A program made the position numbers and the translations under genes. This document shows positions 1 to 9,773 of a stretch of DNA of 64,000 nucleotides, piece after piece. The notes below the pieces were generated by a model. It was not told the DNA's origin. It saw only the letters and a program-made list of their open reading frames with translations, and did no database searches. Numbering within the stretch: position 1 is the first letter of the stretch; each line of letters opens with the position of its first letter. This stretch comes from Oscillospiraceae bacterium (GTDB taxonomy: Bacteria > Bacillota > Clostridia > Oscillospirales > UBA929): NCBI GenBank assembly GCA_009777475.1, contig WRLU01000007.1, positions 6,532 through 70,531 on the forward strand. Reading direction: 5' to 3'.

Positions 1-678
1 AATAACGCAGAACTTATACTTACATACAGGGTTATTCGTGACAATGTAGACGACCTCATAGATGCGTTAAATGCACATAGAGGGCAAAATAGTGAGGACT
101 ATTATTACCGAGTGCGCGAACAAGATCGTCTCCTTGATTTATTTGCTGAACTGACAGACATTCAAAAGGCAGCTCGATTAATATATCTAAATAAAACGTG
201 TTACAATGGGTTATATCGGGTAAACTCACAGGGAATGTTTAACGTCCCTTATGGAAGATACACGAATCCTGCCATTTGTGATGAACCTGTTATACGAGCC
301 ATTCACAGGTATTTGAGCCACGAAAATACGGAGATAAATATTTTACATGGTGACTTCGCTACCGCGGTAGTAGATGCGGGACGAAGTTCGTTTATATATT
401 TTGACCCTCCTTATCACAGTCCTGACAATACCAATTTTACAGGGTATCAAGCCGGCAGATTTAGCGAAGCTGAACAAGAGCGACTGCGTGATGTGTTTGT
501 TGAGCGTACTAATGCTGGAGCAAAGTGCCTTTTAAGCAATTCTGATACTCCGTTCATTAGAGGGTTATATGATGACGAACGCTTTGAAATCATATCTGTC
601 AGAGCAAGGCGAGCTATAAATTCTGATAGTGCAGGCAGAGGCGAGGTAGACGAGGTTCTGATTAAAAATTGGAGGTGA
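1..678 (+). CDS. Dam-family (D12 class) N6-adenine DNA methyltransferase, 5' end outside the window
   Basis: Frame 1 is open from base 1 (NNAELILTYRVIRDN...) into the listed ORF. It carries NKTCYNGLYRVN and FDPPY (DPPY catalytic motif), both typical of Dam-type enzymes. Stop at 676-678. Confidence 0.85.
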   Translation, partial: NNAELILTYRVIRDNVDDLIDALNAHRGQNSEDYYYRVREQDRLLDLFAELTDIQKAARLIYLNKTCYNGLYRVNSQGMFNVPYGRYTNPAICDEPVIRAIHRYLSHENTEINILHGDFATAVVDAGRSSFIYFDPPYHSPDNTNFTGYQAGRFSEAEQERLRDVFVERTNAGAKCLLSNSDTPFIRGLYDDERFEIISVRARRAINSDSAGRGEVDEVLIKNWR

Positions 679-682
679 AGAT

Positions 683-1981
683 ATGTCCAGCGGCACCACA
701 AAAGTTGACAAAGCATGGGAGCGATTGTTTGACAAATACAACATCATTTCGCAGGTGGATACCGAAGGTTCATTTCGCATTTCCTCAACACAGATCAATG
801 AATTTCATGAAGCGCGGTTGATGGCTAAATTTGATCAGTCGGCACAGTTACCAAACATTTTCCGCGCAAATCAATTATCTATACTCCCTGTTACAAGAGG
901 CGATTATCTCATTGGTTCTTTTGTTACACATGAAAAAATAAATTATTGCCCCTCAGTAAGATCTAAACCAGTAACAGACCCACAATTAGAAACACTCAAT
1001 AAAGAAAATTTATATAGTGAAGCGGCGGCCCTATTTTTCGCCTACAATAGCGGAATAATTGCGGATGTTATGGGAAGCAACAAAATAAATTTCACAGTAA
1101 ACGGTCGGATGGGTTCGGGCAACTTTTCCTTTGCAATAAAAAATCGTTTGAATCCTCAAGTTTCTGTCGAGGTTGATGTCAAAAATTCGCAAATTGAAAT
1201 TGACGCAGGCTTCGAAAGTCCAGAGGCGTTTGTTATATGTGAAGCGAAAAATCAAGCATCAGAAGAAATATTAATACGCCAGTTGTACTATCCGTATAGA
1301 CGGTGGTGCGATAAAATTACCAAGCCCATTATTCCTATGTTTTTGGCATTTTCGAATGACATTTTTCATGTTTTTACATATGAGTTTACAGACAAGCATA
1401 ATTATAATTCCTTAACTCTCAAGGATTATCGAGAATATACCTTTGCTGATGAAGATGTCTCGTTGCAAGATATAATTGAATTATGGCACTCAACTACCGT
1501 CATAACAGAACCAAGCATAACATTCCCACAAGCAGATTCTTTTCCACGTGTGTTGGATTTGTTGTCAGTTCTCCACGAAGAAGAATTAACACGAAGTGAG
1601 GTAACTCTAAAATATGAGTTCGATCCTCGACAAACAAATTATTATGTTTCTGCCTGTGAATACCTTGGCTTAGTTGAACGTTTTTTGACCGGAGGAAATG
1701 AGCGTGGATATCGCTTGACATCCGAAGCAAGAAACGTCATGTCTTTCCCATATAAAAGAAAACATTTGGCACTGATGAAGAAAATATTAGAGAGGTCGGT
1801 ATTTAACAAGGCCTTTGATATTTTTATAAGCAGCAATGAAATTCCAGATAAAAATGCAGTATGTCAAGTTATGAAATCAACCAACTTTCCGATTCCGATA
1901 AATGATACAACGGTAGAGCGTCGCTCATCGACTGTCCTTGGTTGGGTAAAATGGATGCTCGATATTTCTATTGCGGAGTAG
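683..1981 (+). CDS. Putative restriction endonuclease partner of the methyltransferase (PD-(D/E)XK-like motif)
   Basis: Starts 5 nt after the methylase stop with RBS GGAGGTGA. The motif D..(13 aa)..ICEAK (IDAGFESPEAFVICEAKN) fits a D-Xn-E-X-K nuclease core. I recognise no family for the remainder. Confidence 0.45.
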   Translation: MSSGTTKVDKAWERLFDKYNIISQVDTEGSFRISSTQINEFHEARLMAKFDQSAQLPNIFRANQLSILPVTRGDYLIGSFVTHEKINYCPSVRSKPVTDPQLETLNKENLYSEAAALFFAYNSGIIADVMGSNKINFTVNGRMGSGNFSFAIKNRLNPQVSVEVDVKNSQIEIDAGFESPEAFVICEAKNQASEEILIRQLYYPYRRWCDKITKPIIPMFLAFSNDIFHVFTYEFTDKHNYNSLTLKDYREYTFADEDVSLQDIIELWHSTTVITEPSITFPQADSFPRVLDLLSVLHEEELTRSEVTLKYEFDPRQTNYYVSACEYLGLVERFLTGGNERGYRLTSEARNVMSFPYKRKHLALMKKILERSVFNKAFDIFISSNEIPDKNAVCQVMKSTNFPIPINDTTVERRSSTVLGWVKWMLDISIAE

Positions 1982-2153
1982 TGCTATGCGATGGTGACCA
2001 GAACATTTTTCGTTAGGAAATAAATCGGTTTGGAGCTTTCCTGAGACGCAAATCTCCACCCTCAATCCTTGACAAGGCAAAAACCAGTGCATCAGGAAAC
2101 AGGGACAATTAAAGTTTCAACTTACCCCGTCCACTCCCGGGTAAAAATAATGC

Positions 2154-2182
2154 TTGACAATTCATATATAGTGCATTATACT
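2154..2182 (+). promoter_or_regulatory. Sigma-A type promoter upstream of tRNA-Gly
   Basis: TTGACA (2154-2159), a 17-nt spacer, then TATACT (2177-2182). Confidence 0.6.
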
Positions 2183-2335
2183 TGTGGAGTGTGGCAATGC
2201 CCAATAGCTGTGAGGTCATAATCACTTGTCGTGTAGTTGCTTTGCGAGTAGTAATATGCGCCTACTTTATATGGGTCCTGTATAGTCGTTGCACACATGT
2301 AAGGAATGACAGAATTTCGTCCGGCATCGCAAGCC

Positions 2336-2409
<74 letters not shown>

Positions 2410-2414
2410 TCAAT

Positions 2415-2447
2415 AAACGCCCTGCCATTCGGGGCGTTTATTTCTTT
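2415..2447 (+). terminator. Intrinsic terminator after tRNA-Gly
   Basis: AAACGCCC / GGGCGTTT stem followed by a T-rich tail ATTTCTTT. Confidence 0.7.
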
Positions 2448-2501
2448 GCTGTCATGGTATTACTAAACTCCCGAAAAATTAATCTCAAATTACAAAAAAC
2501 C

Positions 2502-2530
2502 GTGGCTCCCCATATCACAAGGGGAGCCAC
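2502..2530 (-). terminator. Intrinsic terminator of the large surface-protein gene
   Basis: GTGGCTCCCC / GGGGAGCCAC stem. On the minus strand it is followed by GGTTTTTTGTA. Confidence 0.7.
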
Positions 2531-2552
2531 GATAACTTTTATTGGATGGTTG

Positions 2553-5500
2553 CTAGGCAGTGACCACAATCTTCATTGTCTTTTTCTTTTTGGGATTGCC
2601 CACCGCAGTTGCCGTAATTTTATATGTACCGGGAATGGTAGGTGTAAAAGTGAATGGCCCGGTGCCGTTTCCGCTCAGGTCAACTATGGTGCCGCCTGTG
2701 TCGCCCCCGCTAAAGACAAAGGTTTTGTTGGTTGCGTTCTCCGGGAGTACCGATGCGTTAAATGTTACCGATTGACCAACACTTATCTTGGTTTCGTTTG
2801 CGGTTAGATGTACGCTCTTAACCATATTGGCGCAGAGTATAACAATAGTGGTTTCCGGTGCGGTCGAATCAAACGGCGCACCGCGCGCTACAAGCCTTAC
2901 CAACCCTTCTTGGTTGGCGGTAACCTTTCCTTTCTCATTTACCGTTGCAACCGGCGTACCGGCAGGCTCTAAGAAGTAACGTACTTCCTTGCTTATTGTT
3001 TTGACAGCTTTAATCTTGCTTTTCAAAGACTTGCTCTTCCCGACAGCCATGACAAACGGAAGCTGATCCGTGCCGTTTATTTTGGTGGAGATCATTCCCG
3101 GTTGCGGGAAATTAAGCACCGTTATATTTATCGACACCTTTTTCCCGGAGTTGTAGTTCTTTCCCGTTACCTTGACCTTGCCCACCTTCAGCGCCTTAAT
3201 GTTCACACTTGCACCGGTTGGATCGGTATCGTCAACCGTGATGTCAACTATTCCCTTGCCCTTATCCGGAACCGTCCACTCAAAGGCAAGCATTGTAGCA
3301 TCCTCAGGTGAGATAAGCCTCGCTTGAAGGTCAATTGATTCAGCGCGAACCGCAAGCATAGGATCGTCTGTAGCATCTATGCAGATGTTGGCCTTTTTAA
3401 CTGGGAGATTGTCGCGATTTTTGTCTGCCAGCTCAAGCTTCTTGATGGGAACTACCGCGTACATTATGAATATCTGCTCCCGGATGACGATTTTCTCCAT
3501 ACCATTGGTACTGCTGCCGAAGTCTCCCGAGCCGGGATCGTCAGGGTCGTATGTGTAGTAGCTGTCCGCCATAACCAAGGCACGCACTATTGTAGGATTG
3601 CCCACTGTGTTTACCTTATCGGCAGTTATCTTCAGGGTATTTCCGGAAATGGCGGTTTTGAAGTGATTGTTTGTCATTCTGTCTACTTCTTTGTCTTCCG
3701 GGTCGTTGCCATCGAATACCCATGTAACGGTGTTGTTAGATGCCCCCAGCATCTTTAGAGTGGCTGATTTGCCAATTCTGAGGACAACATCAGGCTCGCG
3801 GGTAACAATGATCTCGCATTCGGCTGTTTGCACATTACCGTCTTTATCACGAGTATCCTCGGCAGTAGCAACAACGGTAACCCTTCCCGGCTTGAGAGCC
3901 GTAACAATTCCAAGCACGGGCTCAATGTGAACTATGCTCTCATCGCCCGGAGCAAGGTCATTGCCCTTTTCGTCCTTAGCGTTTCTCGTTGTCCACAGTA
4001 CTCTCTTGTTGGAGGCGTTAGCCGGCCTGATCGCGGGGGTACCCAATGTCAGCTTGCTGCCAACAGACATGTTCTCTTTTTTCTGGGACAAGCTTATCCC
4101 GGTAGCAGGCACCCTCAGCACCCTGAACCTTGCCATGTTGGAGGTTACCTGAACTCCGGTCACTGAGCAGGTCCAGACTGCGTAAACACAGGCGAACCCA
4201 TCGCCCCCGGGAGCCGATTTTATCGCGGTAACACGCCCATTGTCATCAACCCTGATGTGGGGACCCTCCTCGCTGTAAGGATCCGCTGGGTCATATTCCC
4301 TGGAAAAAGTGTCAAGCTTATTGGAACTCCGCGTGACCCTCCACTCCAGCCGCTTGTCTGAAACATCCTCCGGGATAAATGTAGTTTTGATCGAAAAGCT
4401 TGAGTTGGCACTCATATCAACAGTTCTCTCGTTTATCATATCCGGTTCAATTATAATGTCCTGCACAGGAACAGGAACGACCTTGACAGCTGTAGTGTAC
4501 TCAAAGCTTTGCGCCGGATTGCCTGAATCTGTTTGGCTGGGAGTTGGGATCAGCCCGGTATCCGGATCTCTGTCAGTGTAGAAAACTGTAACCCTCAGGA
4601 GAAATTCCTTATCATAGTTGAGCGTGTTGCTGGAGGTTTTGATTTTAACGCCCTCTCCCGGGTCCTTTAATGTGAGTATAAATGGAGATTCCACGATTCT
4701 GTCTGAGCTCATGGGCATCCCGCTCGGAAGAGGGGGTGCGTGAAGAATCTCCGGATCGTCCTCATCCTTCCACTTGGGGTACCCTGGAATGCGTACAACA
4801 TCGGGATCTTTGAAAATCGGATCGGTGTATTCGGGGTTGTGCCACATCCGGTCGAAAGCCCCGGCAGTTTTGTTTCCCGCGCCGTCATCGGTTATTTCAG
4901 CAACGTGCCATTGAGTCAGATGGGTTTGAACATTGTTTGCGTTGATGGGCATGTGGTTGGGACCCAAGTCCTCGGTGCTTCCCGGGGCAAGAGCTAAAAG
5001 CGGATGAGTTGTACCGTCAACGTCAAGAGTGCGGTCAGCTCCGTCCTTATCCTTGGACTGAGGAAGCTTTACGCCCCTTACATCCAAGCCTATTCCATCC
5101 TCAACGTGGGCTTTTAGACAAATTGAGCCCTTGTAGTTGCTGGAGGCATCAAGCCAGACATCACCGTTAGCAGAGGCAAAGCCTCTTCCATTGGATGTTG
5201 GGTATCTGGCAGTCGACTGAATCGGTATTGCGGCGGATTTGTTGTAGCTTGTAACAACCGCAACCAGCGCAAACCTGCGGCCCTTTGCCGGAAGGAACAC
5301 CGGGTCGTACGCACCTGAAATGGGCAAATCAACCCCTGAGAACACCGGGTAAGTGTAGTATCCCGGGAGGAGCTCATCCCCTGAGGCCACAAGAACCCCT
5401 TTGCTCTTAACCTCCTCAATTTTGAGGTCATCTGCACTGCTGTATTCATCCAGATAATATACTTCAAATTCATTTTCCTGCCCCATCAAAAACACGGAAA

Positions 5501-6704
5501 CAGCCTGTAAGCTCGCCGCCGGAGTGGCGGCTGAAAAGACATTGGCGTAGTAAACCGTGCCTTTGTTATCACTGGTGTTCATCTTCATGGTGGTCTGTCC
5601 GAAGGGGTCATATTCGTAGGTGTAGCCGAAGGGGTCAGGGGTTGAGCTGGGCCTGGGTGCCGAAAGAGTCGGGAAGTCCGCCGACCAGTCGGGATTAATG
5701 AAACCGTTTACACAATAAGCGGCCCGACCGTTTGCCAAAACAGTCTGGTAAGAGAGCCAGTATTCTTTGCCAAAGCCGTTATAATTACGGCTGTCTAATA
5801 CCCTGAACGCACCGGTACCCGGATCATATGACGGAGGGGGCGAGGGACTCGCGGAGGGTTCCGGCACCCATCCGGTATTCGGGAGCGTATACTCAGGAAG
5901 AGCCTTGTCATCGTCCCATCCAACTATGACCACAGTGTGATCGGGCGTAACATTTGCCTGGTAATCGTAAAAATAGTCTTCGTCTGACCAGCCTGCCGTT
6001 GCGAGCTGATTGTCCGGCTTGTTTTGTGCATCATAACGGTCATCATCCATGTGAAGGGAAAGTGCCGCGCCGCCTTTCTCATAAACAGCCTGCTTGAGCA
6101 GATTCATATAATTAGCCTTGTCGTTTGACGAGGGTTGCTCAGGCAAATCAGGAATATATGAGATGCCGGAAATCCTGCGCCGGGAAGCAGGGTTATCCAG
6201 CGCAGCCAGGGATTCTTCGGGGCCCAGGATGTTCCTGTTGTCAGGCCCGCCGAGCTTGCCGCGCGTCAGATATGCCGAAACCATGCCGCGGTTTCCCTTG
6301 TCATACATAGATCTGCCGAAGCCCAGGCTTGAAGCCGCAGTACTCAGGGATTTATCCATATGTATATATGAATACCTCTCGCTGTTTTCTCCCATGGGGA
6401 AATAGCCGGACTGTTGGGCGGAAATCTCCAGAATCTCTTTAGCGGCGTGAACCCAAGAGTTTCTGTGTATCCCTGCCTGTTGAGAAACAGACGTGGACAC
6501 AGCCGGGAGGTATTCATCAGGGAATGTCCCCGTGGCCAAATCCCCTCCGAGCGTGAAAACATTGTCCTTCTCGTATTCCAGGTTGGACTCGGAGGCCGAC
6601 AAGGCAGCCGCCTCAGGAAAAACAGCCGGACCGTTGCCGGGTGGAAACAGGGAAATTAGAATTGCCGCCGCCAGCAGCCAAGCGAACATACGCATACGTT
6701 TCAT
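2553..6704 (-). CDS. Secreted multidomain surface protein with a papain-like (C1-type) domain followed by many bacterial Ig-like group 2 (Big_2) repeats
   Basis: I chose the ATG at 6704 (MKRMRMFAWLLAAAILISL..., a signal peptide) because it has RBS GAAAGGA upstream. DHTVVIVGWDD and a downstream N..G..YW block resemble the papain His/Asn region. Repeated ...V.W.S.N..VA.V...G.VTA.K.G.V.V.A... units are Big_2-like. Confidence 0.75.
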   Translation of the reverse strand: MKRMRMFAWLLAAAILISLFPPGNGPAVFPEAAALSASESNLEYEKDNVFTLGGDLATGTFPDEYLPAVSTSVSQQAGIHRNSWVHAAKEILEISAQQSGYFPMGENSERYSYIHMDKSLSTAASSLGFGRSMYDKGNRGMVSAYLTRGKLGGPDNRNILGPEESLAALDNPASRRRISGISYIPDLPEQPSSNDKANYMNLLKQAVYEKGGAALSLHMDDDRYDAQNKPDNQLATAGWSDEDYFYDYQANVTPDHTVVIVGWDDDKALPEYTLPNTGWVPEPSASPSPPPSYDPGTGAFRVLDSRNYNGFGKEYWLSYQTVLANGRAAYCVNGFINPDWSADFPTLSAPRPSSTPDPFGYTYEYDPFGQTTMKMNTSDNKGTVYYANVFSAATPAASLQAVSVFLMGQENEFEVYYLDEYSSADDLKIEEVKSKGVLVASGDELLPGYYTYPVFSGVDLPISGAYDPVFLPAKGRRFALVAVVTSYNKSAAIPIQSTARYPTSNGRGFASANGDVWLDASSNYKGSICLKAHVEDGIGLDVRGVKLPQSKDKDGADRTLDVDGTTHPLLALAPGSTEDLGPNHMPINANNVQTHLTQWHVAEITDDGAGNKTAGAFDRMWHNPEYTDPIFKDPDVVRIPGYPKWKDEDDPEILHAPPLPSGMPMSSDRIVESPFILTLKDPGEGVKIKTSSNTLNYDKEFLLRVTVFYTDRDPDTGLIPTPSQTDSGNPAQSFEYTTAVKVVPVPVQDIIIEPDMINERTVDMSANSSFSIKTTFIPEDVSDKRLEWRVTRSSNKLDTFSREYDPADPYSEEGPHIRVDDNGRVTAIKSAPGGDGFACVYAVWTCSVTGVQVTSNMARFRVLRVPATGISLSQKKENMSVGSKLTLGTPAIRPANASNKRVLWTTRNAKDEKGNDLAPGDESIVHIEPVLGIVTALKPGRVTVVATAEDTRDKDGNVQTAECEIIVTREPDVVLRIGKSATLKMLGASNNTVTWVFDGNDPEDKEVDRMTNNHFKTAISGNTLKITADKVNTVGNPTIVRALVMADSYYTYDPDDPGSGDFGSSTNGMEKIVIREQIFIMYAVVPIKKLELADKNRDNLPVKKANICIDATDDPMLAVRAESIDLQARLISPEDATMLAFEWTVPDKGKGIVDITVDDTDPTGASVNIKALKVGKVKVTGKNYNSGKKVSINITVLNFPQPGMISTKINGTDQLPFVMAVGKSKSLKSKIKAVKTISKEVRYFLEPAGTPVATVNEKGKVTANQEGLVRLVARGAPFDSTAPETTIVILCANMVKSVHLTANETKISVGQSVTFNASVLPENATNKTFVFSGGDTGGTIVDLSGNGTGPFTFTPTIPGTYKITATAVGNPKKKKTMKIVVTA

Positions 6705-7075
6705 TAGAACCAATCCTTTCTTTTTTGAGTGACAACAAGCCACCCGCCCCATTAAAGGGCCGTCAAATATCCGGGTCACAACCGGTCTTACCAGTAGTAT
6801 CGTAAGGAAACTTACTAAACTTTAGCCCAAATGAAAAATTTTTTGAAAAAATTTTAGGCACTGCCGAAACCCACCGGCACATAAATTCCCCCAACGCTAT
6901 TATACAGCAAGGGTTTTGTTCTGTCAAGCAGGGAAAAATATTTTTTTACACCAGCCTCCAGGCTGCCTTTGGGCCAGCATGCCGTGCTTAGTGCTTAACC
7001 GTAATTTCAGCTACGACCCTGCGCGGAATATCGGCATTCCCGAAATTACCTTAAGGGCATGGCCAGTCCCGGCAT

Positions 7076-7118
7076 AAGCTTAGCCCCAATTCGGCGGTGC
7101 CGAATTGGGGCTAAGCTT
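7076..7118 (-). terminator. Perfect 20-bp stem-loop just after the rubrerythrin stop (no U-tract)
   Basis: AAGCTTAGCCCCAATTCGGC - GGT - GCCGAATTGGGGCTAAGCTT. Confidence 0.5.
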
Positions 7119-7120
7119 AA

Positions 7121-7663
7121 TCAGTAATTCGTAACAGCGACTTCAAAATAAGCCTGCGGATGCACACACACCGGACAAACCCCAGGGGCATTCACTCCTT
7201 TATGAATATGACCGCAGTTCCGGCAAATCCATTCAGCAGGACTGTCTTTTTTAAAAACAGTGCCACCCTCAATATTGCCCAGCAATGCCAAGTAACGTTC
7301 CTCATGGTGCTTTTCTATGCTTCCGACCATAGAAAACAGTGCGGCAATGTCTGGGAAGCCCTCTGTCTTGGCAGTTTCGGCAAAATTTTTATACATTTCA
7401 GTCCACTCGGCGTGTTCTCCCGCGGCGGCATCCCTGAGGTTTTGTGCAGTACCGGGAATGCTGTCGCCGTGCAGCTTTTTAAACCAAATCTTAGCATGTT
7501 CCTTTTCGTTGTCAGCCGTTTCCTGAAAAATTGCCGCAACTTGCTCAAATCCGTCTTTTTTCGCTCTGGAGGCATAGTATGTGTACTTGTTGCGTGCCTG
7601 ACTTTCCCCTGCAAAAGCATCCATCAGATTTTTTTCGGTTTGAGTCCCTTTTAATTCAGCCAT
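7121..7663 (-). CDS. rbr: Rubrerythrin
   Basis: [31 protein letters not shown]... is a ferritin-like diiron domain, and the C-terminus has a rubredoxin-type CxxC...CPVC. ATG at 7663 has RBS AAAGGAGAAG. The longer listed ORF is an upstream read-through. Confidence 0.9.
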   Translation of the reverse strand: MAELKGTQTEKNLMDAFAGESQARNKYTYYASRAKKDGFEQVAAIFQETADNEKEHAKIWFKKLHGDSIPGTAQNLRDAAAGEHAEWTEMYKNFAETAKTEGFPDIAALFSMVGSIEKHHEERYLALLGNIEGGTVFKKDSPAEWICRNCGHIHKGVNAPGVCPVCVHPQAYFEVAVTNY

Positions 7664-7723
7664 GTCATCTTCTCCTTTACAATTATTTTGGGCACTATTA
7701 AAGCCCGGCTGGAAGACACAAAC

Positions 7724-7752
7724 ATTATAAATCACTTCGGAGAAATTTGCAA
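7724..7752 (-). promoter_or_regulatory. Sigma-A type promoter of rubrerythrin
   Basis: Minus strand reads TTGCAA, a 17-nt spacer, then TATAAT. Confidence 0.55.
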
Positions 7753-7944
7753 GCATTTTTATTGCGGGGAAAAACATCTTAATTAAGCAGCCCCTAAGTA
7801 ACTTGCTTTTCAGGATTGGCAAGAAAATTTTGCCCGGGATTTGTTTTGAAACGAATTGATGTCTGATATATTCACGAATATTTGGGACAAAAAACGGACG
7901 AACATTTTCCGGCAAGCCGGAAAATGAGATTTTTAGAGGTTGAC

Positions 7945-8208
7945 TTAATCTTCGGATTTATCACTCCCTTTGTATTTCATTTTGGTAGCCAACCCTCCCC
8001 GCAGATGACGCTGAGCTTTATTTTCTTCCAAAACCTCCTTTACAGATTCATACAGTGTTCTGCTGCAGCCCTTAAGCCGTTCAGATAGGTCTTTATGTAC
8101 GGTACTCTTGGAAATTCCGAATTTTTTGGCGGCGGCACGTACCGTTGCCCTTGTATCTATGATGTAAGCGGCTAATTCATAAACCCGCTCCTCAATGTTA
8201 CACTTCAA
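7945..8208 (-). CDS. spoIIID: Sporulation transcriptional regulator SpoIIID
   Basis: ..[41 protein letters not shown]...[18 protein letters not shown] matches the SpoIIID pattern. TTG start is preceded by GGGGGGAG. Confidence 0.9.
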   Translation of the reverse strand: MKCNIEERVYELAAYIIDTRATVRAAAKKFGISKSTVHKDLSERLKGCSRTLYESVKEVLEENKAQRHLRGGLATKMKYKGSDKSED

Positions 8209-8391
8209 AAATAAACTCCCCCCTTCGCTTCTGTGATATGTATATGCGAATCTTGCGGCAGATATTTCCGGGCTTCAGGAAATATCCCTTGCCTCCTTGT
8301 CCTTATGAGGGTGCCGCCAACTCTTTTCGGGGTTAATAACTGTGTGCGATTTCAGCTTTTTTTAAGCTATGAAAATTTTCAAACTCACCTC

Positions 8392-8420
8392 TTGCCCCAA
8401 TGGGCAAGCTGTGATATACT
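8392..8420 (+). promoter_or_regulatory. Candidate dnaA promoter (extended -10)
   Basis: TTGCCC, a 17-nt spacer, then TATACT preceded by TGA. Confidence 0.45.
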
Positions 8421-8471
8421 TGTCCGGAATTGTTTTTGAATTCCTAAAGGGTATGATCGGGGGAGTAGCCT

Positions 8472-9770
8472 TTGAACAACGACACAGATGTTGTCTGCAA
8501 GCTGTGTGAGGAATTGTCTGTTGATATGGCGCAAAGCGTGGTAAACTCGTGGTTTACCGACCTAGAGGTAGAATCCTTTGCTAATGACAGGCTTGTCCTG
8601 CACTCGCCTGCTGATTTTAAGCGCGATGTTATCTCCTCAAAATATGTGCCTGCACTATCTCGTGCAGCCAAGCATATTTTTGGGAGGGATATTGACGTGT
8701 CCATAGCTCAGGTCGGCGGAGTTAAGTCGCGCCAGCCTGTCCGCCGGGGACCTGAACAACGAAGATATTCCTTTGACGAATTTGTTGTAGGGGAGAGCAA
8801 TAAATACGCCTATTCGGCAGCCAGCGCAGTTGCCAAATCGCCTGGCAAGGCTTATAATCCCCTGTTTTTATACGGCGGTTCAGGGTTGGGCAAAACTCAT
8901 CTGCTCCATGCCATAAAGGATTCGGTAAGACGCAATAACCCCGGGCTTGTGGTGTTAGCCGTTACCGCGGAAGCCTTTACCGGCGAATTGGCAACCGCTA
9001 TTCAAACCAAAACAACAAAGGACTTTAAAGAACGCTACCGGACCCCCGACCTTCTTTTAATAGACGACATACAATTTATCGCCCGCAGTGAATTTTCCCA
9101 AGAAGAAATTTTCCATACCTTCAACGCCATGTACGATGCACAGAATCAGATCGTTATAACCTCCGATCGGCCGCCCCGGGAGCTTCAGGCAATCGAAAAC
9201 CGATTGCGTACCCGTTTCGAGTGGGGACTGATTACCGACATAAGTCCGCCCGACTTTGAAACCCGTATTGCGATTATACAATCAAAATCACAACGGCTGG
9301 GGCTTATTCTGCCTCGTGAGGTTATAGAGCTTGCCGCAGAATCTATCACCACAAATGTAAGGCAGATAGAGGGGATGGTAAACAAGCTTAAAGCAGAGAG
9401 GGATTTGATGGGCAAATCCATTGATGTGGAAATGGCGGGAAAGGCGATTGCTGACCTCATGAGGGAAAACCCCGGATTCAATCCCACACCGATGTATATC
9501 TTGGAAGAAGTTTGCAAGTTTTACAACTTAGAGCCCTCCCAAATAACCGGAAAAAGCCGCAAAGGGGATATTGTCCGGGTGCGCCAGATTGCTATGTACC
9601 TAATCCGCACCATGACCTCCATGTCTCTTGAAAATATAGGTCATAGAATTTTTTTACGTGACCATACCACCGTTTTGCACGCAGTTAAAAAGGTAGAGGA
9701 GCATAAAGAGCATAACCCTGCCTTTAATAACGATATCAAGGCTATTATTGAGAATATTAAGGGGAATTAG
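8472..9770 (+). CDS. dnaA: Chromosomal replication initiator DnaA
   Basis: AAA+ Walker A GGSGLGKTHLLHAI, box VII, and a C-terminal DNA-binding domain (..RQIAMYLIR..T..SL..IG..F..RDHTTVLHA). TTG start has RBS GGGGGAG. Confidence 0.97.
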   Translation: MNNDTDVVCKLCEELSVDMAQSVVNSWFTDLEVESFANDRLVLHSPADFKRDVISSKYVPALSRAAKHIFGRDIDVSIAQVGGVKSRQPVRRGPEQRRYSFDEFVVGESNKYAYSAASAVAKSPGKAYNPLFLYGGSGLGKTHLLHAIKDSVRRNNPGLVVLAVTAEAFTGELATAIQTKTTKDFKERYRTPDLLLIDDIQFIARSEFSQEEIFHTFNAMYDAQNQIVITSDRPPRELQAIENRLRTRFEWGLITDISPPDFETRIAIIQSKSQRLGLILPREVIELAAESITTNVRQIEGMVNKLKAERDLMGKSIDVEMAGKAIADLMRENPGFNPTPMYILEEVCKFYNLEPSQITGKSRKGDIVRVRQIAMYLIRTMTSMSLENIGHRIFLRDHTTVLHAVKKVEEHKEHNPAFNNDIKAIIENIKGN

Positions 9771-9773
9771 ACT

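Noticed and set aside
6705-6779. 25-aa N-terminal extension of the large surface-protein ORF.
   Set aside because: The internal ATG at 6704 has an RBS and begins a canonical signal peptide, whereas the extension has neither.
7664-7915. N-terminal 84-aa extension of the rubrerythrin ORF (7121..7915 in the track).
   Set aside because: The extension covers the gene's own promoter and RBS, and it has no rubrerythrin homology. The MAELKG start at 7663 has a good RBS.
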